Positions 1-11,566 of a DNA stretch of 64,000 nt are shown here, in pieces. Each line of letters opens with the position of its first letter. The stretch's first letter is position 1. The notes beneath the pieces were generated by a model. The model was not told the DNA's origin. It saw only the letters and a list, made by a program, of their open reading frames with translations, and ran no database searches. The position numbers and the translations under genes are program-made. The DNA lies in contig CM052818.1 in NCBI GenBank assembly GCA_028534125.1, positions 62,001 through 126,000 on the forward strand, written 5' to 3'. The DNA comes from Lama glama (taxonomy: Eukaryota).

Positions 1-289
1 TTCTGTCATTGCCCTAAAATGGCGCAGTGAGCACCAGTGGGGCCATTCCTCTGTCCTGCAAACCTTCCAGGAACTGGGCTCCCGGTTCTTTGCACCGGGA
101 GTCTGGAACTCAACGAGACCAACAAAATCCTGGAAACTCTTCCCCTATCTTGGCATTCATGTGGGAGAAGCCCACAGGGACTCCCAGAGACTTTTAAATG
201 CTAGAGAAAATTTCTCTGACCTCACTCAAATTCTTTAGAAGCTTCTAAACACCACTAAAAATACTTACTTTAACAAAGATAAAACCTAT

Positions 290-436
290 GGGGGAAGAGG
301 GTAGAGCTGAGAGAGAGAGTGCCTGCTTAGCATGCACAACGTCTTGGGCTTAACCTCCAGTACCTCCACTAAAAATAATAATGAAATAAACCTCATTGCC
401 TCCTGCCCCCTGAATAAATACATAAATACATAAATA
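290..436 (+). mobile_element. tRNA-derived SINE (camelid Vic-1-like)
   Basis: tRNA-like head, A-rich tail, TSD ATAAAACCTA (279-288, 437-446). Confidence 0.8.
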
Positions 437-976
437 ATAAAACCTAAAAGTAAAAGCAGGTCTGTTCTTTCCTAATGCATAAAGGACTACTCTAAACTGT
501 TAGATAATAAATCGAAACTTCAAAGAGCTGAACGGTGATTACTTGAATGAATGGCAAATGAATAAATGAGTGAGTGCTCTATAGTAACACAGAGTAGGTC
601 TAACTAACGCAGACCACATAACGAGAGGTGCCAACTGTGGGAAAGCACTTTCCACTTTCAAATTTAGAAGGAAATTAGATATATGATCCTAAGTTCTTTT
701 TTAAGGTTGTGCAGAAACATTTAAAATAATGCGGTCTTTAATATGGTGTCTTAGTGTAGCAAGGAGAAAATTTTTCCAGGGGGGTCCTTATTTTGGGCAG
801 CATCTATTTCACACATATAACTCAGGACTTCAGAGAATGAAAGTTTCTTAAGCAAGTGGTTCCAGAAGTTTGATCTCTAACTTTCAGCATAACTCAGAAT
901 CCTCTGGAAGTCTTGCTAAAATATGGATTGCTGGTTCCCACCTCTGACTTTCTGATTAAGCAGGTCTGGGATGCAG

Positions 977-1222
977 GGAAAAGGAAGAAAGAAAGAGAGA
1001 AAAAGGAAGAAAGAAAGAGAGAAAAAGAAAGAAAGGAAAGAGAGAAAGAGAAAGAAAGAAAAGAGAGAAAGAGAGAAAGAGAAAGAAAGAAAAGGAAAGA
1101 AAGAAAGAAAGAAAGAAAGAGAAAAAGGAAGGAAGAAAGAAAGAAAAAGAAGAAGGAAGGAAGGAGGAGGGAGGGAAGGAGGAAAGAAAGGAAGAAAAGA
1201 AAGAGAGAAAGGAAGGAAGGAA
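977..1222 (+). repeat. Polypurine (GAAA/GGAA/GA)n low-complexity tract
   Basis: About 245 bp of only A and G. Confidence 0.97.
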
Positions 1223-2785
1223 ACCCTAAAGGTGATGAAAAAGAAAAGTGTGAGGGACGCTTGCCGGAGGGGTTGATTCTTCTATAACGAGCTACAGAAG
1301 GAGCAAAGGGGGAAACCCTGACAGTAACAGCTAACATTTGTGAGCGATGCCAGTGTGCTTACTCATGTATTCATTCATTCATTCATCCTCCCATCAGTCT
1401 GAGGAGATGGGTGGCATCGTTGATGCCATCATCATCATCATCATCATCATTTCCTTTCAACAGATGGGGAAACTGATGCACACGCTAGTAACTGGAAAAG
1501 CCAGGATTTGGACCCCAAAATTTCAACTTCTATGTTAACCTCCACGTAACCTCCAACTTAACCCCACATTACAACCCTTTCTGAGGAAGCTCTGATCACC
1601 TGGCCAGCCTTCACAAAAGCAGGTCTAGGATGGTATTTAGCCCCAGACCCTCTCATATAAATGCCTTATGGATAGTCAGAGGGTCACTGATAAATGTGCC
1701 CCTCTCTTAAGACCCAACACCTTCCACAGTGGGTGTTTATCATTTTCCCCATGTCACGGATGAAGAAAGTGTAGCTCAGAAGGCGTTAAGTTCATTTAAA
1801 GCATTGTCATGTCCGAAGCGTCCCACTCTCTGGCACTCAGCACCGTGCGCCTCCCAGGGAGGCACCCTAACCACACCGGCCCTCCCCCTGCTCAGCGCCC
1901 ACCCAGCCCTCTGATGGGATGCTGTGCGCCTGGGCAGGGTCTCCCCACGCAGCCACCCTGAGTCACGTCAGCCTCACAGTGTGGTGAGGAAGGAATATTT
2001 TGGGGTTTTGAGTCCTGGCTTTGTCATTTGCAGCCTGTGGGGCCCCAGACCCACCCCTTAACCTCTCTGAGCACAGTTTTCCTCATCTGTAGAATGGAGA
2101 TTAAAAACAGTGCTGATTTCTAGAGCTGTTGTGAGAATTAAACAAAAGAATGCACCAAAAGTGAGCACTGAATAAATGGAAACGCATTTCGTTACCCTCT
2201 GCCTCCCTCCCGTCGACCCTTCGGCCGCCCCTGGCTGTGTTCCCAGCCCCTGTGCAGAGTGGGGTTATAGAGGTGCTGCTCACCCCAGCAAGCGCTGGCA
2301 GCTTGCAGTGGCCCGAGGCCTCTGCTTCGGGCACTCACTGGGCTTCCTATGTTGTATGAGGGCCCAGCATTCATTTATGGCTGAGGCTTCAAGTCTGAGC
2401 TTCTAGGAGCCCCCAGGGGATCTGCTGGGGGTGGAGAGGAAGAAAGGAGAGTAGGAGGCGAAGGAAGGAATGGGCTTCGAAGAACAATTTCTTTTGAAGG
2501 GAGTTTCATGAAGTTTTTGCTTTATTTTCCATTTGAAAACCACTGACTGGCAGCATTGTTTCTATGAGGGAGACTGTGTTTCAAGTCCCAGACTATACAC
2601 TTAGGACACAATCTGTTCCTCTTGCAAGAGTGACATAATCAATGAGCCAGTGTCAAAATGCTGCAAAAGGCAGCGAGACAGAACCTGGCCTCTCAACCCA
2701 GACACGAGAAGCATTCTAAGCTTAAGAGTAGCTAGTGTATGCGCCTCTTCTTTTAACTAAACACATCTATTCATTCAACAATTTA

Positions 2786-2929
2786 GGGGGGAATGTATAG
2801 CTCAAGCAGTAGAGTGTATGCTTAGCATGCACAAGGTCCTGGGTTCAATCCCCGGTGCTCCTCTAAAATAAATAAATAAATAAATAAACCTAATTACCTC
2901 CCCCCACCAAAATAAAAATAAAATAAAAA
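2786..2929 (+). mobile_element. Vic-1-like SINE
   Basis: gtatagctcaagcagtagag..gggttcaatccc A/B boxes and (TAAA)n tail. Confidence 0.85.
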
Positions 2930-3298
2930 CAATGATTTATCCAGGTCCTGACATAAGCCAGCCTCTGAGGCCAGCACTGGGGATACTGAGATGAATGAAC
3001 TCTGGGCCCAGCCTCCCATGAGTGGTTTTGCCTCATGGGAGAGACGGATGGGGACGCTATGAGCTCCCTCAGGTGGGGCAGGAGTACAAAGCGACAGAAA
3101 GGGTTTCCAAGGGGAAGAGTCAAGCTTCATGAGGAAAACAGCACTGGATTGAGACTCAAAAGCTCAGCAGGTGCTGGGAGTGGGGTGAGTCTAAAACATG
3201 GAGCGTCGCATGGGAAGGCAAGACAGCAAAGCACCGGTACCAGGCAGGCCCACCACACACCTGCCCCTAACTCCTCTTCAGACTGCCCCTGGATCAAT

Positions 3299-3733
3299 GC
3301 ACGCAAGATCCTGTGTCCACTTCCTAAGAGAATGAAGTCTCTGTTTCCCCCAGTCCTGTGGGCTCCTGACGTTAAGCCCCGCTGGCCTTCAAAACCAGAT
3401 GTCTTGGGGTCTCCTCCTCCTCCCACTGCCGGAACCCTGGGCTGGGGGGCCTGACGGGGGTGCTCAAAACTCTCACTCCCGTGGGAGGGCCTCTGTGACT
3501 TACCTGTTGTTCAGCTTGTGGGTCGCCCACCACGGAGGTCACGGGGCCCAACTATATCATGAGACCCCCCGCCTATCTTCCTGCTGTGGCTCTGTGTCAG
3601 TGTTTCCAGTTGAAGTAGACCTTTTTTGCTAGGCTTCAGCCTTTTGGGCTCTTCAGCAGTCAGTGGTGGTTTTGTTGTCCTTGCGAGCAGAGGGGAGCTT
3701 GTGGTCCTGCTACTCTGCCATCTTGACTGGAAA
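3299..3733 (-). mobile_element. LINE-1 5' UTR fragment
   Basis: Ends in ctactctgccatcttg, the antisense of the typical L1 start caagatggcggagtag; the body resembles laurasiatherian L1 5' ends. Confidence 0.6.
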
Positions 3734-5021
3734 TTTTCCCCTTCAGACTGAGAGCACCACGCCCACAGGCCCCGAGCTGGCAAACCATGTTAAACTGGTC
3801 ATCAGGAAACGTGGCTGCTGACTGGATGGATGTGCTCCTGACCCAAAGGCGCAAACTGGCCAGGCTGTCCCATGACGTGCTCAATACAGGTGATTTTAAG
3901 TAAAGCAGCCAATCACCCTGGCTCCCTCTGGGATTTACACGGGAAGAATAGCAGACATTTGGCCAGTAAGTAACGGCAGAGAAGCAAGACACCAGACTAG
4001 ACAAGACCCAACACACTAAAGCCGCCTCTGTCCCTACCCCAAATCTGAGTTCTACTTCAATCCTGTTCTGCATAACAAATCATACCCAACCCCCACGGTT
4101 TACTACAACCATCACTTTATCTCTCAGAATTTTCATGAGGTAGGAATTTGGGAAGGGCTCCGCTGGATGGTTCCGGCTCAGGGTCTCTTAGGCGTTTGTA
4201 ATCAGGGGAGAGGAGTTAGAACATTAGGGAGCTGGCGTACCTGGGGCTGGCAGGACAGCTGTCTCTGTATGTCACCTCAGAACTTCCCCATGCTGTCTCT
4301 CCCATGAGCTGACTGGGACTCCAGGACAGTGAGCCGACTCACACAGCAGCTGAAGGCTTCAAGAGGGAGCGTTCCAGCCAGTGACATAGAAGCCCATGAG
4401 ACAAGCTCCAGTGAGGTCAGCAGAGCTGAAGCGTAAAGCATGAGGGGGGCACAGGGAAAGATAAACCTGGGGAAGTAGGCAAGGACTTTCATGCCCAACC
4501 AGGGAGACTGGACTTTTTCCTACAGGTGTCCACTCATCCTTCTAGGCCGGGGTGGATGGTTTCCATAGGTAGATGGCCTCTAAGGGGCAGAGACTGGAAA
4601 CTGGTGGTTCACAGAGCATCAGGCACGGTGCTTGAATATATTGTAAATATTCCTTAGATTGCGAAAGTTCTTACAAAAAAGTCAGCATTTCTGGCTTCTT
4701 TTGAAAAATTAGGAAATCTGGTCACACTGGACTCTCCCTCGTGCACAGACAAAACACTGGGAAGATAACAGCTGTCCTCTTTAAATGGGGTGTGTGCTCT
4801 CCAGTGAGCCACAGCCCACACTGTCTCCTGTTGCATCACAATTGTCGTGGTCCATTATTTATGTTGACTTTGTAATAAACATGAGCAGGTGACCTCTGAC
4901 CTCAGGCTCCCCACAGGCAAGACCTTTTGTGGACCCAGGCTTTCAAACCCCCCTCTGGTTTAACACTTGGCTATGGACTGGAAACATTCTTTCTTCAGTC
5001 AAAATGTAGTTTGCTTAAACT

Positions 5022-5684
5022 AAAAATAGACCTACCATATGATCCAGCAATCCCACTCCTGGGCATACATCCAGAGGGAACCCTAATTCAAAAAGATACA
5101 TGCACCGCAATGTTCACAGCAGCACTGTTTACAATAGCCAAGACATGGAAACAACCTAAATGTCCATCAATAGATAACTGGATAAAGAAGATGTGGTATA
5201 TTTATACAATGGACCACTATTCAGCCATAAAAAAGAATAGAATAATGTCATTTGCAGCAACATGAATGGATCTGGAGATTGTTATTCTAAGTGAAGTAAC
5301 CCAGAAAAAGAAAGGAAAAAAGAGATATCATTCATATGTGGAATCTAAAAAAAAAAGAAAAGAAAAAAGAAGACACTAATGAACTTAGCTACAAAGCAAA
5401 CAAACTTACAGACATAGTAAACAATCTTATGGTTACCAGGGGGAAAGAGGGTAGGAAGGGGTAAATTGGAAGTTCAAGATTTGTGAATATTAACTAGTAT
5501 ATATAAAATAGATAAACAACAAGTTTCTGTTGTATACACAGGGAACTATGTTCAATATCCTTTAGTAAATTATAATGAAAAAGAATATGAAAATGAATAT
5601 ATGTATGTATATGTCTGACTGAAACATTATGCTATACACCATAAATAATTGATACATTGTTAATTGATTATGCTTCAATTTAAA
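5022..5684 (+). mobile_element. 5'-truncated LINE-1 (ORF2 C-terminus plus 3' UTR)
   Basis: [30 protein letters not shown]; about 21-bp TSD AAAATGYAGTTTGCTTAAACT. Confidence 0.95.
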
Positions 5685-6592
5685 AAATGCAGTTTGCTTA
5701 AACTCTGTAAACACCATGTGCACAAATGTGTTTTCAATTGTTTTTAAAGAGAAACCTTGTTTCTCCTGTAAAAGATGACCTTGGGGTCAACTCCCTTGCT
5801 AAACTGGATTTGGTAAATTTGTTTAGGACAAGTAGAAATAACTGTACTCTGTAAAGTGTAAATCAGGTACAAAGTGACTTCCCTGCAGGAGAAGTTACCC
5901 CAGGTGCCCTTGTGAGCCAGCATCCTGGCTTGATGGCTGAGCCCCTTAACCCACAGGTGATTTCAGCCAATCAAAACACGGAAATACCCATTGAGGGTTG
6001 TGTGAGGGAGGTAGTTTATCATACTCCTTTCAACTCTATACATCCTACCCTTTCTTCCAACTCTGAATCCAGTCTCAGCTCTTTCTAAAAGAAAGCCTTC
6101 CCAGATTACTCCAGGTGTGTAGACAGTGCTTACTACCTAGGACAGCCTCTGTGGCTGGTTCTGTGTCTGTATTTACAAGTCCCTGCATCCCAGCTCTTTC
6201 CTCTCTGTGCCTCATCTTCCATCAGACTTCCTTCTGGCCCATAGCTTGCCTGGACCTTGCCCCAGTATGTCTAGAACTCTGGTTTGCCTGGCAACCTGAC
6301 ACCTTGCTATAGCCTGTCTGGTTGGATCAGCTCTCCCAAGGGCTATTCGTCCCCACTGGCCAGCTCTGGGTCCAGTACCTCATTTTCTCCCCACGTGTTC
6401 TTCCATAACTGCCTGTTCCTATGTATACTCAATGACACTGAAGCCAGTGAGAGGGTGAAAAAATGAAAAGACCGAAAAGAACAGGTTCTTAGGGGGCAGG
6501 CAAAAAAAAAAAAATGACCTGGGAAACTCCAGCCAGGGGGCTGGCTGAAATGAACACTGATGTCTTTACTTGGAATTGAAAATGAACCACTG

Positions 6593-7004
6593 CCAAATGA
6601 CATTCTAGAAAAGGCACAGCTACAGAAACAATCAAAAGATCATGGTTTCCAGGGATTTGGGGAGAGGGAGGGAGGAATGAATAGATGGAGCACAAGGGAT
6701 TTTTAGGGTGATGAAATTATTCTGTATGATACTGGTGGCTGCATGTCATTATGCATTTGTCAAAACTCATAGAATGTACAACATCAAGAGTGAACCCCGA
6801 TGTAAACCATGGACTTTGGCTGATAATCATGTGTCCATGTTGGTTCATAGATTGTACCAAATATATCACACTGATGAAGGATGCTGAGGGTAGGGGAGTA
6901 TATACGTGTGGGTGGGGAGGGCTGTGTGCGAACTCTGTGCATTTTCTGCTCAATTCTGCTGTGAAGCTGAAACTGCTCTAAAAGAATAAAGTCTATTAAA
7001 AAAG
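6593..7004 (+). mobile_element. L1MC-like 3' end element, copy 1
   Basis: L1MC-type 3' UTR with AATAAA and A tail; perfect 15-bp TSD GAAAATGAACCACTG. Confidence 0.85.
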
Positions 7005-7059
7005 GAAAATGAACCACTGGAAACATATGGACACATGAGTGGGCATCACTGGTCCACAC

Positions 7060-8504
7060 CTGTTTTTCTGTTCAAATAGGGGAAGCACCATCATCAGGAC
7101 TAAAGAGAAGACCAAGAGGACAGTGAGGGTCTCAGAACTGTTTATGAAAAGGAATCAGAAGCAAGAAAGGGTGAGAGAGACTGGATGCTTTTTGTCGCTT
7201 GCCAGCTGTCCACAGGCAGTTAAGGCCTGTGGCCTAACCCACATATATAAAAATGAAACTGTATTGTAATTTAGGGTATATAGATGGGGCAACAAAAAAG
7301 AGTTCACGAGTCAGAAAACGTCACACTTGGATTAAAGTAGTCAGATGATTTAATTGCTGCAGGAAATGATCAATCAGTCATATATCTAATACATAATAAA
7401 CACTGAATAATATCATGGGCGTGTTCAGATGATATGGACCAGGTACCCAGTGAGATCAGATTAGATAATATGCAACATGATGGTTAAATGCTGCCCGTCT
7501 GTTAATCATCACACATTAAGGCCTTAGGTGACTTCCGGATACCTCCTAAAGGCGTACAATGAGCCAGATACTGGGGATGCGGTGATGAGAGAAAAAAGAC
7601 ACAAACCCTGACTTCATGGTAATTATGCTCTAGGATTAGTCATCCTCAGCTGAAGGCAGTACCATTCATATCCCCAGGGGACATCTAGACATGGAGGGGC
7701 ACTCTTGGCTGTGTATTGACTAAGGACTGCACTGGCATTTAGCTGGCAGGGACCAGGGATACTAAACATTCTACGTTGCAGGGACTCACTCTAGGCCAAC
7801 AGCGCCCCTATGGGAAAGCACTGGTAGTGCAGGCTATGACACCATTTTTAGAGGCAGTTTTTTTTTCATGGATGTTTTTCTTTTTTCTTTTTTGAATCAC
7901 TTCGCTGAGGTACAATTGACATAGAAAAGCTGTACATTTTTTTGGTAGGGGGAGGTAATTAGTTTTATTTATTTATTTGTTTATTTATTTATTTATTTTA
8001 ATGGAGGGACTGCAGATTGAAGCCAGGACCTTGTGCATGCTAAGCATGCACTCTAGCACTGAGCTCTACCCACCCCCTTATGATGTTTATTTTTGAAGCA
8101 GAAAATTTTCAAATTCCTTTACAGCATTGCTATTTAAATCTCACAGAAGACTTGTCTTCTAAATGACACACTTTGAAAAACGAGAAGAGCAGAAGTTAAG
8201 AGCAGACACTCCTAGGTTTGGATCCCAACACTTATCACTTCCTGGTTTGGACGATGAGAAAGTTAAACATCTCTGAGTTTCCCAACATGATCTCACTGAG
8301 ATCTTGTTGGATTGTTGGGAGGACCAAATGCAGTGACATCTATAAATTGCCTTGCACTGTATCTGGAAATCTGGATTTTAAAAGAGGTGGCCAGTGTTGA
8401 CAATGCGGCCCAAGCAGTTTGGATGTGGGAAGAGATGATGTGATGACTGTAGAGTGAACTGGAGACAGGGACTGGCTTCTTGGAGAATAAGGACACCTGA
8501 AGTA
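7060..8504 (-). pseudogene. C-terminal RGS-like domain remnants: exon 8504-8351, segment 7438-7346, candidate exon 7137-7060
   Basis: GVLILQEA..RIVNTGHLF*NPD resembles recalled RGS22 GLLFWQEV..ITTIINCFINSS. SISSEHAHDIIQ..YMTD*SFPAAIKS resembles RGS22 IDIPVEQAQKIIE and RGSL1 GYLDRSVFHGAIMS. Confidence 0.5.
7937..8077 (-). mobile_element. Vic-1-like SINE
   Basis: Reverse complement of the same SINE consensus. Confidence 0.8.
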
Positions 8505-9009
8505 CTGAAGGGCACAGAGGAATGAAAAGAGGAGAAGGCAGCCCAGCAGGTGAAGGTACAGGACAAGCAGACAGTGATCCAGGCAAGAAGTCACACCTGG
8601 GGGGGGGTATTCCTAGTCCATCGCACATCCAAGGTGTGACTCATTCCCCACACAGATTCCCCTTAGTGATACCTCACCCCACTGTCTTCATCTCTTTAGT
8701 GAATCCAGTGACACTCTAGAAGAGAGTGCATTCTCTTGGTCTCCCATGGTCTTGCCTTTAATGATCACCCACAGAAAGGTCCACTGAGGGTGAGGGCAGA
8801 GTCTTAGCAGGGTCTAAGTGAGCGCTTTGCCAAGCCTCTCTTGGAAGGTCATCTCGGAGCCCCATCACTATGTCAGGTGTGGGGACAGGACCAGGGAATC
8901 TAAGCAAATGGACAGCTTGCTTCTTCTCTCCGTAGTCTGGCTTGTTGGTTTGCTTGACATCTTAACTATCTTGACAAGATTTCTGCAAAGTTCCTTCAGA
9001 CCACTTCTG

Positions 9010-10873
9010 TCAGGCAGAATTCTGTCTCTTGGCCAAAGAGATCCCCCCACTGGCCATGAGCAGTGTTCTCGCATTCTGGAGGCACTCATGTACCAACTGT
9101 GTAAAAGAGAGCAGTGCTTTGGGTGTGTGGAGAAGGGAGGAGGCAGAACCATAGGGAGGGCCTCTCTGCTTCTAGACATGTGATCCCCATGCAGACCACT
9201 GTAGGCTTTAAATACTTGTCGGGCTTTCTTGCTTGTGGTAGAAAGCCCCAGCTTTACAATTTAAGTATTGGTTCCACCCACACTTTAATGAAAGGCAACA
9301 CCCCCCTCACCCCCGCAGCTGCCAACCCTATGCCGTTTGCCTCTTTCCCCAGATAAAAATATTCAGGAAAAAAAATTCAGATACTGGGTAAGAGTTGCTC
9401 CATTCTTAGTCTTACCCATGCTTTCCTTTCATTCTCAGTGTTCTATCCAGGCACTTTCCTAGGGCCAGCAGCTCTTCAAGAAAGTGAGTTACAGCTCCCA
9501 GAAGTAGCCAGTGGGGGCATACGTCTGTCCAGTGCTTTGAGATGTCACCAGGCAGATCTCCTTGTTTTGGTTTTAGCATCTGCCCTTGGCTAAATGCTGA
9601 GCTTTCTAATAGGCCCCCTTAATTATTGTGTGGGGGCGTGACTGAACTCTGGTGTTGTCTGGTTTGTTTAGGAAGGAAACAAAGTAAAGTCATGCAGCTT
9701 TTTCTTTCTTTTCCTTACTCATATTCTAGAGTTGATAATCAAGCAGCATTATTTATAGAAGAACTTTGTCCTTCCATCTTAATAAGGTCTTCCCCCAACC
9801 TGAGTTTCTATGCAAAACTCTCATCCTTCCATCTGAACGATGGATTCATTAATCAGAGGGGAGGTAGATGCTCCCTGTAAGGAAAAGAGCTGTGATAGAT
9901 TAGTGATGTCTGCCTTGAAAGCAGCATGGACAGGTGGCAAATGTACACCACATGTTTTTCATCCTTGGTCTGTAACTAACTAGCTTATGGAATTGCCTTT
10001 CCTATTATTCCTAGGGTTACGGTTCAACCCATTGTCTCTGTCCTTGGAACCTATAGCTACCTTTGAAAGAAATCTATTTTTACCTGGGAAACTATATCTC
10101 ATACCTTCATGCCACTCAACTTCCTGCGCTCAATCAAGAAATATTTATTGAGCCCCATTCATGTGTCAAATACTGTTCTAGGGCCGTGATGAAATAACAG
10201 TGAACAAGAAAGACAAGACCCTTCCCCTCATAGAGCTTATTTCCTAGAGAGGAAAATGATAAACAAGTACATACCTAAGAATATTTCAGGTAATAAGTGC
10301 CTTAAAGGAACAGAACATGCCCATGTGATAAGAGTGACTGGAAGGGGGTTTTGGTTTTGTTTTTGACATGAGAGAGACACTCTGGCATGCCTGTATGACA
10401 CTGGGAAAATTGCTGTCTAGAAAGAGAAACGGATGATGCAGGAGAGAGAAGGAACAATTACAGGAACCCTGTGGGTACTCCTTTCTCTTCTACATACACG
10501 TTCTTCACCAGAGCACATCAGTTTTTCTCTCTCCAGTTGATCTTTTATGGTTTGTGATCAACAGCTTCTCAGTGCTTCCAGTGTTCTTTTCCACCCTATA
10601 AGCCATGACCATTAGCTTCCCAAAGAAAGTCATGCATGAGGGTCTGAGGTGCCCATATATCAAGTGTCTTCACGTAGGTTTTTTTCTGCTAGCTAGGCTC
10701 ACTTGTAAGTTCTTAAAGTCAATTCAGCTGTCTAGCATGCCATCAACAAGGAATGGTTTCCTTCTCTCATACTTCTTCAAGAGGATTCATTTTCTTGATC
10801 CGGGGAAAGTGAGAGATTCCCAGAACACCAAATCTCCAAATTTATGACCAGCTGCTCATCCTTCTATAAATTC
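9010..10873 (-). pseudogene. Three phase-0 exons forming an RGS-like domain: 10873-10703 (171 nt), 9874-9800 (75 nt), and one starting at 9096 (3' end uncertain)
   Basis: Strong acceptors (ttattttctcag, ttttccttacag, ctcttttacacag). They read EFIEG*AAGHKFGDLVFWESL..ILLKKYERRKPF..|..EFCIETQ|LVHECLQNARTLLMASGGISLAKRQ, against recalled RGS22 DLMCW..KYLNKKYF..VEIQKHVQNRLENVWLPLFLASEQFAARQ. Confidence 0.6.
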
Positions 10874-11070
10874 CTGAGAAAATAAGTAAATTTAGTATTT
10901 ATCACCAGAGGATTTTGGCCCCTAATTCCCACATGGATTTCCTAAACTTTGTGAACTCAGCCAGGCCATGCACAGCCATAATAAAGTTTTTGAACCCCTT
11001 AGTCCAAAGTCCAGACTAAATCCAGGCCCAAACTTCATCTTGACCCAAGGAGTGGTGTCAAGTTGAAGTC

Positions 11071-11372
11071 TGACAGAAACAGACTCACAGACATAGTAAA
11101 CAATCCTACCAGGGAAAAGGGGGTGGGAAGTGAAAAACTTGGGAGTTTAAGATTTGCAAATGTTAACCACATATCTAAAAATAGATTAAAAAAATTTGTC
11201 CTGTATAGTGCAGAGAACTATATTCAATATCTTGTAATAACCTTTAATGAAAAAATATGAAAATGAATATATGCATATATATATGCATGACTGGGACATT
11301 ATGCTGTGCGCCAGAAATTGACACATGGTAACTGATTATACTTCAGTAATGAAAAAATGTATATATATATTT
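11071..11372 (+). mobile_element. LINE-1 3' UTR fragment
   Basis: acagaaacagactcacagacatag..aactgattatacttca, the same family as 5022-5684. Confidence 0.85.
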
Positions 11373-11566
11373 TAAAGTTTGAAGCAAGTAGTCGTTTAGA
11401 AGTGCTAGAAAACTTCTAGAACAGAGCCAGCCAAGGCCCAGAGTCCTTCATTAAGCCAGTTGCTCTAGAGGAAGAGGACCAAGAGCTAAGCAGTCTGGAA
11501 AGGAAGAAGCTAGAGGAATGGCAACAGGAAAAAGGAACTGACACAGAAAAGCTTTTAATCCTTTAC

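Noticed and set aside
894..1337. Lys/Glu/Arg-rich and Phe/Leu/Ser-rich ORFs
   Set aside because: They are translations of the GA-rich low-complexity tract.
2786..2860. tRNA genes (here and at similar sites)
   Set aside because: The tRNA-like heads are followed by a SINE body, A-rich tails and often TSDs.
9800..10873. Selenoprotein or TGA-readthrough reading of the in-frame TGAs
   Set aside because: Other exons contain TAA/TAG stops, frameshifts and a dead acceptor. The TGAs fit CGA deamination, and I saw no SECIS element.
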